DNA of 62,776 nucleotides from Chara braunii (GCA_003427395.1 BFEA01000039.1:1631608-1694383); one strand, 5' to 3'. Numbered from the stretch's first letter, positions 48,201 to 59,750 are shown. Notes: generated by a model not told the origin, from the sequence alone. Numbers and translations are program-made.

Positions 48201-49826
48201 GTCGCGCCCAACACTACTCCGCCAACCCCGCTTCGTCCTTCACTCCCAGCGCCGGATGAACCTGGCGCGGCGTGCGTCCAGGTTCCAAGCCATCTTCACC
48301 CCTGCCTGCTTGCTGCCTGTGGCTCCACCCTTCTGCCCGCCTGCTGCCGGTCCATAGGCCATTGGTGACGTCCCGAACAACGTAGCCCGACTGGCTACAG
48401 AATCCCGACAATAGCATTTGGCCGTCAGGCCCGCCTCCTCTTATACGGGCCGCTCTCGCGCAAGGACCGTGCTAATCTGCTCTGTATCGTTCCAATTTTA
48501 ACGAATGTCCCGAAGGACTTGACCAGGGTGATGCCCCGCGGCGCCACCAAAGGCCACCCGGCCTCTCCCCGTACTTCCCCGCACGCGCCTACCCTGGTTC
48601 CCACCTGGATTCAGTCCCGGACCCCTTTGCATCTGTCATCCTCACGTGGGGGCCATACAGATCCTCCCTGTATCTAACCAAATCCTAAGTGGCTCCAACA
48701 AAATTCTCTGCGGAGCTACCCCACCCCAGTCTGCTATTTTCGCATGGACTTGGCCCCCTTCCGGGGCTGGGCTCAGGGATGTGCCCCAACATGCGTTGCA
48801 GCCCATGGCAGCAGCAAGTGCTCGAGCCCACCCCCGCTTTGTGATTTATGCGGGCTACCCTCACACAGGGGTCACGCTAATCCCCGGCTCGACCGCACTA
48901 CGGCCCGGGGGCACTAAACTCCAATTAACTAGCTCACCAGTCCGGGATCCTCGGTTTTATTCCCCAAGCACCACTCCTTGGCGCCGGCGCGGGTCGTATT
49001 CCAACAGTCCGTGGGTACACTCCTCAAGCTTAAATTCACGGGTCAGCAGCCCACGCCCGAAACCAAGGAAATGATAATAATTACTTAAAGCGCCCCCAAC
49101 AGGATGCGACTGTCGTGGCACCGGCCGCAGAGCTTACCAGCGCCCCCTTGGCCCTGCGGACCGGGGCCGAGATAGGACTTTCTGGCCAAAACAGAAGGGG
49201 GATAGCCCCACAGGACCCTCAACCCCTCAGCTCCCTGCTGCTCCGCTGCCCCTGTGCCGTCGCCCGTCGGCGTCGATCCTCGTACCTCCGCGTCCCAAAT
49301 ACCATTAGCTATAGGGCAAAGCCCAAAACTGGGACCTTCATGCGTGGAACCCGATATATAGCGGCGCGGCCCAGCGTTTACGCCGACTTACCCAAGTTGT
49401 ACCACGACCGCCACTCGCGCCACTCCGTGTGCCAAGACCTACCGCAGTCACACTGTCGCCGTTGTCGCTGCCGTCGAGGCCGTCCTCAGTACGCACGTGT
49501 AACTTAGCCAAACATATGGACCAAAGACAAGTATCTGTAAACCCTAGTCTAATCAGAAATAATCAAAAATAAAAAAATATAGAGCTACAATAAAGGCGAA
49601 CCAACCTGGCGTCCACGCCGGCTCTATAATCAATGATAAAAACGGAATCACGCGCGCCTCAACCCTGCGAGCCCACGCACTCTTTACTCTGGTTAACCAA
49701 CCAGTCAATCGTAAATCACAGACGCGGTCGCGCCTAGCGTGGTATACTCAAACTTCAAACCAGAACTATTTTTTGTCGCTTGCAAAAACCAGGGCGGATA
49801 CCCTTGTAAGGGTATTCGCGCCAACA
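42242..49826 (-). mobile_element. Family-A giant LTR, intact copy (7585 bp), 5' LTR of a minus-strand Ty3/gypsy-like element
   Basis: TGTCGGGCGC...GCGCCAACA termini, adjacent PBS, full colinearity with the left copy. Confidence 0.93.
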
Positions 49827-51824
49827 GCGCCCTATCGAGGAACGACCGTTAGTCCACATATCCATCAATCGGACGGAGTTTACACCAATCCTCGAGACGT
49901 CATCAAAAAGCACAAAAAGAACTAATTAGTACCTTTCTTCCTTAAGACACGAGAGAAGCAACTTACGAAACCCGCACAATCATGCATTAATCGGGTTGGA
50001 GTTCCGAGGGATCAACCCGCGACTCAGTTTCAGCAGACCCGATCACGAAAACACGAGGTGCCTAGCTTTTTCGAAGCTGCCCCACAGACTGGCTGTTGAT
50101 GTCGTGCGGCATAAGGCAGATGGCATGCGCAGTGCATTCAGAACTACAGATCTAAACACTCTTGCATTCTTGAACAAAATCCCGTCGAGCGTTGGGTCTA
50201 ATCAATCGGAGAAATACAAGCATTCCTATGCATACATCCACTGTGGAAGGTGCGAAAATGGCAAGGGTGCACAGGTCAGAAATCAATCGAGGGATTGTAC
50301 ACACGCATCCACCATTCACAATACAAGAGGATTAAGTTCTCGACATTTGGGAATTACCCAGGAAACTAATGGAAGAGTTCCGGAAGAAGTTCTTCCTCGC
50401 GAGAACTCACTAGAGTTCGCTTCGGTTCACAAGAGAGACAAACCCACAACACATCGCCATTCAAGTCGGAGAGAGAGAGATGGGAGGGATAGACGAGACA
50501 AGCCAAGACAGAAGACACCAGGATTCGACAAGAGAGCATTCGGCTTCACAGCCATGCACTCACACCAGAAAAAGGATCCGCAATCAGAAAGGCGCATTCG
50601 CCGTGAAATTCCAAAATTCCAATATGGCCCCAGGCCAATCATCCACTCAACTCCAATCACAAATCCTCATACCCGCACCGACGATCCCGGCCGTCGCATG
50701 CTAACTTTCGCCACTGCGATCGTCGACCCGCTGACGCAAACTCGACTCGGCTCGCCCGGATCCCACAGTCCATCGTGGCGATCAAGCGCGCAGCGGGCCA
50801 GACTACAGTCAGCCCGACAGGACTTTTCGACTCGCACCAAACACCTCACCTAGCCACTGCTTCCCGGAAGCTGACTTGTGAGTGGAAAACGTAAGAGAGA
50901 TTTGCGGGCGCGCTTGCGGAATTTATAGTTGCGAGAGAGGAGATAGATGGGGGAAGAGTCAGAGAGGAGATCAAGGTGTAAGGAGAGAAGGTTCAACAAA
51001 GGGGGCTCAGGGGGAGCCATGTTGATCCTTCAGAACTCGATGGTCGGCCAATCAGATTCGTCGCGCAATAGGAAGATCCTCTTACTCAACGCGTCTGATT
51101 GGTGAGCCGGGGTAATCGGAGGATCAACCGGGCTTCGAGAGCCGAGGTTGAAGAGCGAGAAGAGACGAGGCGCAAAAAGCAGCGCGAGACGAGTCCAAGA
51201 TTCAGACGATCAAGAAAGGGAAACAGGCGCGCAAAAGCAGAGAGAGAGAAAAAAAAACAGTTGCGATGGGAGAAGAAGAGAAGCGGGAAGGGAGAGAGAA
51301 GAGAGCGCGGGGTAAGAATGACGTGGGGAATAAGGAGGAGGAAGCTCGCATGCGCGGTGCCGACAACGAGAGAAAAAGACACCAAAACAGTTACAACTTG
51401 CCTATATCCTACACCAATTCTGAAATTGAAATCACCATATCCGCGCGCGAAAGTCGACGAGGGAAATGAAAGTCCTATGCCTATTCGTATTCTCACAAAA
51501 TTCCTAGAGTTTTCTCCGTCGTGACCGAGAACATTCATGCAAGGAAAAAGATACGTCGGGCTCTGCTTATTCCGTAATTCCGAACTGCCGAGCCTGATTC
51601 CCAGTGCGCTCGCTAAGGCGCGCGTAATTTCCCGTGCATTTCCCGAATTACAAAAAGCAGACTTCCAAGAATCAATAAAACTTCCGAAAAAGTGGGGGCC
51701 CAAACAAGGCGCCTGAAATCAAGAAAAGCGGCGGGGGTTTTGTGGGGTTGATAGAATGCAGAAAAAGGGTGTTGGGNCAAAGGGGTACGAAAGATAGCAC
51801 GAGGTCGGGAAGTGGTTCGTCGCA
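49827..51824 (-). mobile_element. LTR fragment, family B (5' 2 kb), interrupted by the family-A LTR
   Basis: Minus-strand start TGCGACGAACC at 51824; homologous to 11448-13200. Confidence 0.75.
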
Positions 51825-52693
51825 GGGTGATGAAATCTCTGAAGATCGAGCTTATGCAGGAACAAACAGTATTCGATGGGGGCAAACCAGAGTGCAGATT
51901 GGAAGTGGATCCCAAGATATGGGAATGGTGGGCTAAAGGTAAAAATGGGGAGAACCTGAATCTGATGGAATACCATCAGAGAACAGGATATGAATTGAAA
52001 ATGCCATCCAAAATTTCACAGGTAGTAGCTCGGTCTAGATGGTCTCAACTGTTGGACGAAACCCCTGCTCTGATAGATAAAGCGCTGTCAAAATGCTGGG
52101 ACCAGTTGAGACTTATTCCCTGTCAAAGACATGCAGCCATATTGTGGCTGCTATCTCTTGTCTCAACGCCTTCAGCGGTGTGGCTGGTAGAGCATGGGGT
52201 TAAAGTGGAGATGACTTGCATCAGGTGTAGCTGGGACTTCGAATCAACTGTGCATCTTTGGTGGGATTGTCCTGCCTCAGCACGTATTTGGCAATGGATA
52301 GCGAGAGCATGGGATCAGATCACGAACGCTGTGTTTCCTTGGGATAAGAGATGGGTGATATTGGGAGGTGTACCAGATAACGTAAGTCTGCATAAAGGGC
52401 GGGGATACGTCGCTCAGGTAATAAGAGCTATTGTCATAGCAACGATATGGCAAGAAAGGAATGCAAGAGTTTTTGAAGGACAGGAGGGAACGAATAAGCA
52501 AGCAAGAGCATCAATTGTCAGGCAGTTACGTCTGTCCATTCTGGCAGACTGGAGAAGGAAAGTCGTGAAAGGTGGAATCAACGAGAGTGGACGAAATTGG
52601 TTCAAAGAGACTTGGTGTGTGAATAATAAGATAGCTTCTATTTCGTTGCAGGGCCAAGTGGTGTTGGACCCTTGGTTGTTCAAGGACTGTTAG
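51825..52693 (+). pseudogene. LINE (L1-like) ORF2 C-terminus with the zf-RVT zinc-binding region; EN and RT domains missing
   Basis: CIRCSWDFESTVHLWWDCPASARIW and IWQERNARVF motifs, typical of plant L1 ORF2. Confidence 0.88.
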
Positions 52694-54211
52694 GAATTTC
52701 TTCCTACCTGGGCGCTCGGTAGATTTATCGCAGGAGATAGGCAAATAAGAGGTTTCTGGAGGGAGCTGCCAGGTAGGGAATTTTTAGAATCCTGGGGATT
52801 CTCCCACCGCAATAGGTGGATGTTAAGGGTAATGTGGGAACAATAGGTAAGACACTGGAATGTCGGATTCGGGGATAGGATTACAACTATTGAGGTTATT
52901 TGAGAAGGGTAGTCAAGAGGAAAGAGGAAATTTGGCTAGAATCGAAATTTGCGAGGGATAGGTGAGTACTTAGTCCTCTGGATACCCCTGATCGGTATTA
53001 GCGGGGTCTATGACCAACACGGGTGTGAGTGTGAGCACGAGTGGGTTGTGTGTGGTGTGTGGGAGAGTGTTGGCCATAGCCTCTGCTGGTACTCGATGAA
53101 GGGTGGGGGACGATGAGAAAGGGAGGCACAGCTACTGGCAGACCTCGGTCTTTGTGTTAGCCAGACCCCACTGGCGGCCCCAACCCTATACCCTAATCAT
53201 TAGGGGCAAGGGGCAACATGAAATCTCCCCTTCACAGAGAGAGGAAAACTATGCTTGCAGGGGTCCCCTCTAGATAGTCTTAGGAGTAGGTAATGGAAGG
53301 TAAAAAAAACAGAAGTTGAGAGAAGAGTGTAGAAAGAACAGAAAAAAAGAGTACTTAGATAAGGGCTAGTGTAGTTTTCTTTCTGTTTGGTTGGGGTTAT
53401 TTTTGCTTCCTTTTTATGTTTTCCCTTTTTTTCTTCTTCTTTTTTTTCTTTTTTTGAATTGTGGGGCTTTTAAGGCCTGTGGCAGTTGTTTGTTTTAGGG
53501 GTTGGAGAAGTCAGGACAGCGGTCGCGATTTGGCCATTTTCTGTCTCTGGACGAATTCCAGCGCCCTCAGCCAAACCTGGGTAATGGGCCCAGAGTTGCA
53601 TCTCCGGAAAAAAAAAAAAAAACACCCTGGAAACCAAGGGATGGGCTACTCATTCCACAGAAGAGGCGGGCGAAGTCGTTCGTTGTGACAAAACCTATTC
53701 GAAGGCTCAAGTTACCAAGCAAAGACAGTGTAACATGCCAAGCAGAGATATGTGAGGAAGAAGTTCTACCATTGGGAAGAGGATCCTGCATTTGCCACAG
53801 ACTGAGGGCCTCGTTCCACTACCCTCGACTTGAAAAAATCTCAAGGGCGGCTCCATTCCACTACGCCCTTGAGATGTGCTAATCACCATTGGAAAGTGAT
53901 TAAGCTTCCTGCCTCAATAAAATCCCGCAAAATCCCGCTCTGAAACTCGAGGGCGGCCGTAGGGTGCCCAGGCAACTTCGGCCAATTTTCAAGTCACCTC
54001 CCAGAGGTGACTTCAGTTTTCTTGGAAACGGCGCCAACATGCGCCGCCAGGCAGCAGTTCAGCCCCCCGTCCGGTCCTTTTCTTTTTCTTTTTTTGTCAA
54101 TCGGGGTTGTCCTGGCCCAGCGATGGACCTGGGTTGTGAAAATTCCCTGACCAACAGGGGTGCTCATTTTTTTGGGAGCGGGAACTGCAGGGTGTAGTGG
54201 AACGCCCACGA

Positions 54212-54215
<4 letters not shown>

Positions 54216-54246
<31 letters not shown>

Positions 54247-54361
54247 AAACTGTCCCTCCTGTGCTAGCAATGCTGATAAGAGCAGACACGGCTAGCACCT
54301 GGGGATAGGCTCCATCTATTGGTGGGGAGTGTCACCGGCTGGAAAACGGGTCCAGCGTCCC
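54216..54361 (-). mobile_element. Short poly(A)-tailed retroposon (SINE-like or LINE 3' end)
   Basis: Reverse complement matches 62532-62644 (GACGCTGGACCC.TTTTCCAGC...CCAATAGATGGAGCCT.TCCCC.GGTGCTAG) and ends in a ~30-nt A tract. Confidence 0.6.
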
Positions 54362-55936
54362 TTGTGATTGCGATACAATTAGGATACTCAGAATATCTCA
54401 GAAAGTCCGCAAGCAGAACCTGCCAGCATTGATTGACCTGGAGAACAGGGGATTGACGGAGCGGGGGGGAGCCTCTTCACCCTAATTTTGGCGCCAGATT
54501 TCCACTGTCTCTGAACGCCGACGACCTCTAGTATGTTTTAATTACGTTTTGGCTCAAGGGCGCCCGTAGGGCTGCCCTTGAGATTTTTCTCAACTCGAGG
54601 GTAGTGGAACGAGGCCCTTATATTGGCGCTTCCCTGTTGTTGGCGCCTAACCCGCTGCAAAGTCCTCTTCCAATCCGCCGACGACTAAAGTCGTCTTCCT
54701 TCGGGAGGTTCATGACTCAGCCCCCGGGTCACCAGGAGTTCCTTCCTGGAAGAGGAGTTGAAGGAGAGACAGATCTCTCGCCGCCCCCGTAGGGGCGTCT
54801 CTCGCACTTTCCTCCGGCTATGCTGTTCTGTAGTGTTGACTCTCCGCCGGCTGCCTATCCTGAGGCTTCTTGGTGTGAAATTTCCGACAAACTCCAACAC
54901 GCCCTCTTCAAACCTCACCAACCATCTGTTGTCACCCAGACGGGCGCCAAGGCGCTCGTCAATTCGCTTCATTCACATGGTGTTGTGGTGACTCCTAAGG
55001 ACTCTCAATTGACTGCTATACCTCCCACGCACTTGGCTATGGTTGGCGGCAACAGGTTGACGCGAGGTGGTGGTCGACTCATTCCGCACAGGGACTGCAG
55101 GGGAATGACGAGAGAGCCCCGACGGTACTACCGCCGACAGCACGCTGCGGAGCGCTACCGAGCGCCCGTCACCGTGCCCCCCGACCCTTCTCCCTGAAAC
55201 CATTTCCATGCCACGGTTACAAGAATTGGCCTGCCGCGGCCCCGCCCTCCGGGCTGCGCCACCACGCTTTGCGTGTATAACAGTGTGTTGTCATGTTCGG
55301 TTCGCTCCACACAACTCGGCCCCGCCCTCCGGGCTGCGCCACCACGCTTGCCACTGTGGATTCAGACTGTTTCGTCGTACTTCTTTTTACCGACTCTTTT
55401 CATCAGGCAGGAGGTGTGTGTCCATAATAATATGGGCATCCCGTCCATCCACATGGTAAGAGGCCTGCCGCCATTTGGGTGCCGCCCCGTGCAACGGAAC
55501 TACCATTCAACCCGCGCTTTTAGCATCACTAACGCCGTGTAACACCGGGGCTACTGTAGGTCGCACTTGCACGAATTAAAAGATACTGACCGTAGATAGC
55601 AAAGATCAACGGCCGAAATCTCCTAATTTGCTCCGGTGGGACCCACGGCTAGCCCGCGTGGCGGGAGAGGAGAATGCAGGTAGTAGAGTACGACGAAGAG
55701 TATGGGGGAGCAGCAGGGAGGGAGGGGTATGGGGGAGCAGGATGGACAGGGTTTGCGAACGACGGGGAGGACGAGGAGGAGGAGTAGGTGATTTGGGAAT
55801 CCGCTTGTTGAGGAGGACGTGCAGCAGGTGTGTGCCGGGGGCATAGCAGCGGTGGGCATCCGCTTGTTATCATTTACTATTAGTTTAATTCAGTGTAATT
55901 CAGTTTGCGCAGTAGCCGGCGGGTGCTTATAGGGGA

Positions 55937-58900
55937 ATGGAGGAAGAAGCGGAAATGCGAGCGGTCGCACTGTTGGTTACCGAGACGATAATGGGGAAGG
56001 GGAAGGGGAAGAGGGGAAAGAGGACTGGTTTCCCTCTACAGTTCCACCCGTCTTCTCTTTCTCTCCCTCTCCGTCTCCCTCACTCTCGCCCCCTCCCTCT
56101 CCCTCTCCCTCTCCTCCTCCTCGTGCTTCTGTTGCTACCAGGATTATCGTCGCCGACCGTTGCGCAGACCGTCTCTTCCTTTGCAGTCAACTGCGGCAGC
56201 TCTCAAAGTTTCAATGACATAACTAGCAATCGGACATGGGAGGCGGATTGGCTTTCGAACACACAGATCGGGATCCCGGCTTCTAGCCAGAACCCATCAG
56301 GGAGCATCAAGAACGCCAAGGAGGACGAGCAAGTCTACAGGTCCGCGCGCATTTTCACCTCGGAGGCCAATTATACCCTGAGTTGCGTGGCTGGAACGCC
56401 ATACTTCCTCCGCCTGTTCTTCAACGCGTTCGCGAACCCGAACACCAGTCAGTCGCTTCTTACCGGCGTCTTCTCCGTCGCTGTCGGAGATGTCAATTTG
56501 CTTAGCAATTGGAGCATATCGGGCGAAGTGGATGGGAGAGAGGACTCCGCGCACATGAGAGAGTACGGAACTGCCTGCCCTGCTTCGTCGGTGATGTTTC
56601 TCCATCTCGTTCCCGCCGTCGGATCTTTCGCCTTCATCAACGGCTTCGAGCTGTTTCCTATCCCCGACACACTTTACCGAAACCTCACCTCCGCCGGCTA
56701 TACCTTTTTCACTTATTATCGCTGGAATTGTGGCGGGAGCGCGATCCCGTCGGAGAACGATCTGGTGAGGAGGAGGTGGGCTCCAGACTTGCCGCCGGTA
56801 CAAGGCACGGAGTACACGACTCCTGATAACGTGGATGGATCTAACGAGGCGCCGACCTTCACTCCCGCCGCGGTTTTCAAGAGCAGCCGCCAGGCGCCTG
56901 CGCCTTTGGCGTACAACCTTGTGGTGGAACGAGGGGCGTCGTACTTCGTGCGGCTCTTCTTCGCGGAACTGAAGTTTCGCGCGTCTTTCCAGCGAGTGAT
57001 GACAGTGCAGATCAACGGCGGAATTAGGTTGCAGAAACTCGACGTTTACTATAGTGCTGGGTCCGGTGGTATGTTCTTGGATTTCTTTCCCATCGATCAA
57101 CCATGGGAGAGGCGCAACATTTCAATCATGTTGCAAGAGGAGGCCAGTTCGATGACGGACATGATGGCAATCAACGGCTTGGAGGTGCTGAAGATCGGGA
57201 CGAACAATCTGTCAGCGACGGAGAGAGTGCGAGTGACAGACGACGGAGCGGTGGCGACCGTGGGGAGTCGGGACGACCTGCGCAATTTGCAGGCGTTCAT
57301 CGCGGCCGCGCCTGGGAACCAGGCCGTGCTCTCGGACTGGACAAGTGCGCGAGATGTGTGCGCTTGGACTGGTGTGGAGTGCCAAGCGTCGACAGGAGTG
57401 GTTGGTTTGGATTTGTCGGCCTACTCGCCCCGTCTGAGGGGCCGCATTCCCGAGGAAATTGGTGGCTTGACTTCGCTGAAGCGACTCGTGCTGAGCAATC
57501 AGAGCTTCGAGGGGCCGATTCCCACCGCTCTCGGGATTCTGCCGGAGCTAGAGATCCTATTGCTGAATGACAATCTGCTGACGGGCGCCATACCTATCGA
57601 ACTTGCCACTGGGGGCAAATTGCAAGAGCTGGCGGTGCAGCAAAACAATCTCACGGGCGAAGTTCCGGTGGAGGTTCTGAACACCGTTTCGAGTTTCACG
57701 TGGAGGGGCGGAAACGACGGTCTCTGCGCGCCAGTGGGCGTCGCGTTGAATAGCTTTTCCTTGCCTAGTTGTGGAAAGGAGGCGGGTTCGTCTTCGGGCT
57801 CGGGAAAGCCGAACGCGGGGACGGTAGTAGGCATTGTTGTCGGTAGCGTTGGTGGGTGCGCCGCCGTCCTCGCTGTGATTTTCGTCTTCTGCCTGAAGAG
57901 AACCTCCAAGGGAGGCCATTACCTCCTGGACAGCTTCACAGGGTCGTTCTATAGCTCTAATAAGAGTGGCAGCGGGGGGAGGTATAAGAGCGCCGGCGGG
58001 CTGTTCTCGAGGACGGGGGCAGGAATGGCGGGAGGCAAGGGGACAAGTGTGACGACGGTCTTGTTGGATGGGACCAAGGTAGGCCAGCGGTTCACGATCG
58101 AAGAGATTGGAAAGGCCACGTGTCAGTTCGACGAAGCGCGCATTATAGGCATGGGGGGGTTCGGAAACGTTTATCGCGGGGAGCTGGCGGACGGGGAGGT
58201 GGTAGCGGTGAAGAGGGGGAGCGCGGAATCGCTGCAAGGGGCGCGGGAATTCCAGACGGAGATAGTAACCCTGTCTAATCTACGCCACCGTCATCTTGTC
58301 AGCCTGATCGGCTATTGCGACGACAACGGGGAGATGATCCTAGTGTACGAGTACATGGCCAAGGGAACATTGAGAGGCCACCTGTACGGCAAAGGGGTGG
58401 ACAGCGAAACCGCTCCGCTGAGCTGGCGCAAGCGCCTCGAGATCTGTATCGGGTCCGCAAGGGGGTTGGAATACCTGCATTCCGGCGCGCAGGACATGGT
58501 CATTCATCGCGACGTCAAATCCACGAACATTCTCCTTGACGACAACTTAATTGCCAAAGTGGCGGATTTCGGCTTATCTAAAAGTGGTCCCAGTGGGATC
58601 AACGAGACCCACGTGAGCACTGCGGTCAAGGGGAGTTTCGGTTACCTAGACCCCGCGTATTTCAAGACGCAGCAGCTGACAGAGAAGTCGGACGTTTACA
58701 GTTTTGGGGTCGTGCTGCTGGAGATCGTCACCGCTCGCTCTCCTATCATGCAAGGGGGTAGTATTCCAAAAGGTCAGCAGGTGAGTCTTGCAGACTGGGC
58801 AGTGCCGAAGCTGAAGGCGGGAAAGGTGGAACAGATTGTGGACCCGAAGTTGGTTAACTCCTATGGAACTGCGTCTCTGCATAAGGTGGGGGAGGTGGCA

Positions 58901-59137
58901 CTTAGGTGCTTGGACGAAGATAGAGATAGTAGGCCGTCGATGGCGGACGTGCTCCGGGGGTTGGAAGATGCGTTGATGCTGCAAGATAACTCGCTCAGCG
59001 TCGTGCTTGAGCATCCGGGGGCTATGATGTCGACTAGTTTTTACAATGTCAACGACAGCGGTCTGCAGGACTTCACCAGCGCGAGCGGGGCCAGTTACCC
59101 TCTTAGTCCCCCGGATTCGCTTCTCATGGCGCGATGA
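55937..59137 (+). CDS. Receptor-like kinase, 1066 aa, single exon: signal peptide, tandem malectin-like domain, LRR-NT plus about 4 LRRs, TM, CrRLK1L-type RD kinase
   Basis: Malectin-like motifs AVNCGS, VYRSARIF, YFLRLFF, FAFINGFEL, YRWNCGG, YFVRLFFAEL, INGLEVLKI. LRR cap W..ARDVCAWTGVEC and LxLxxNxLxGxIP repeats. TM VVGIVVGSVGGCAAVLAVIFVF. Kinase motifs GMGGFG, VAVK, LRHRHLVSLIGYC, HRD, DFG, THVSTAVKGSFGYLDP, QQLTEKSDVYSFG. Confidence 0.95.
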   Translation: MEEEAEMRAVALLVTETIMGKGKGKRGKRTGFPLQFHPSSLSLPLRLPHSRPLPLPLPLLLLVLLLLPGLSSPTVAQTVSSFAVNCGSSQSFNDITSNRTWEADWLSNTQIGIPASSQNPSGSIKNAKEDEQVYRSARIFTSEANYTLSCVAGTPYFLRLFFNAFANPNTSQSLLTGVFSVAVGDVNLLSNWSISGEVDGREDSAHMREYGTACPASSVMFLHLVPAVGSFAFINGFELFPIPDTLYRNLTSAGYTFFTYYRWNCGGSAIPSENDLVRRRWAPDLPPVQGTEYTTPDNVDGSNEAPTFTPAAVFKSSRQAPAPLAYNLVVERGASYFVRLFFAELKFRASFQRVMTVQINGGIRLQKLDVYYSAGSGGMFLDFFPIDQPWERRNISIMLQEEASSMTDMMAINGLEVLKIGTNNLSATERVRVTDDGAVATVGSRDDLRNLQAFIAAAPGNQAVLSDWTSARDVCAWTGVECQASTGVVGLDLSAYSPRLRGRIPEEIGGLTSLKRLVLSNQSFEGPIPTALGILPELEILLLNDNLLTGAIPIELATGGKLQELAVQQNNLTGEVPVEVLNTVSSFTWRGGNDGLCAPVGVALNSFSLPSCGKEAGSSSGSGKPNAGTVVGIVVGSVGGCAAVLAVIFVFCLKRTSKGGHYLLDSFTGSFYSSNKSGSGGRYKSAGGLFSRTGAGMAGGKGTSVTTVLLDGTKVGQRFTIEEIGKATCQFDEARIIGMGGFGNVYRGELADGEVVAVKRGSAESLQGAREFQTEIVTLSNLRHRHLVSLIGYCDDNGEMILVYEYMAKGTLRGHLYGKGVDSETAPLSWRKRLEICIGSARGLEYLHSGAQDMVIHRDVKSTNILLDDNLIAKVADFGLSKSGPSGINETHVSTAVKGSFGYLDPAYFKTQQLTEKSDVYSFGVVLLEIVTARSPIMQGGSIPKGQQVSLADWAVPKLKAGKVEQIVDPKLVNSYGTASLHKVGEVALRCLDEDRDSRPSMADVLRGLEDALMLQDNSLSVVLEHPGAMMSTSFYNVNDSGLQDFTSASGASYPLSPPDSLLMAR

Positions 59138-59750
59138 GCAAAGGCAAGCAAAGAAGATTGTCAGGTCGCATTCTTACTTATTATTGCTATTCTCCCTCCC
59201 TGTGTCTTCTTTCTGCACTCCCCTTCTTCGTTCTCTCTTTCCGTTCTTCTCTCTCTTTCTTCTCTCCTGCTCATTTACTCCCCACCGTGTTCCTCGCTGC
59301 CTTCCCTCTTTCTTTCTCCCTCCCTCCCTCCCTCCCTCCCTCTCTCTCTTTCTCTCTTTTCCCCTCTTCCTCTCTCTCTCTCTTTATCTCTCTCTCTCTC
59401 CCGCCCTCGCTTCCCAGGCACCCACGCCCATTTGTGTTCTTTCTTCTTTTGCGCATCTTTTTTTTTCTTTTCTTTTCTTTTGCGCATCTTGATTGGAACG
59501 TCTGTGCGTTTTTTCCTTTTTCTGATACTGATGGAAATCTGTTTTCAGCAATTGTGCATGGATCAAGAAAGATATGTCGGGAGGGAATAAACTTACCGGT
59601 GGGTTTTCATTCAGCGCTAAGGGGAACGTTTCCCTTCCCTCGGAAATACAGAAGCGGGTATATGCATGGCTTCCAGGGCACGCAATTCGATGTGGGCGTA
59701 GCTGGCAGCATTCGTCGCTACGGTCAGGAGTAAGTGTTCTAGTCTAGTTA

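Noticed and set aside
23005-49826. Split direct repeats (A..B..AB) suggesting a Ngaro/DIRS tyrosine-recombinase element
   Set aside because: The split is explained by element C inserting into one LTR (duplication plus empty site). TG..CA ends and a tRNA PBS indicate an integrase-type LTR element.
49996-50853. 285-aa ORF (and the 275-aa ORF at 17028-17855)
   Set aside because: Antisense to LTR fragments, low-complexity basic composition, no recognisable domain.
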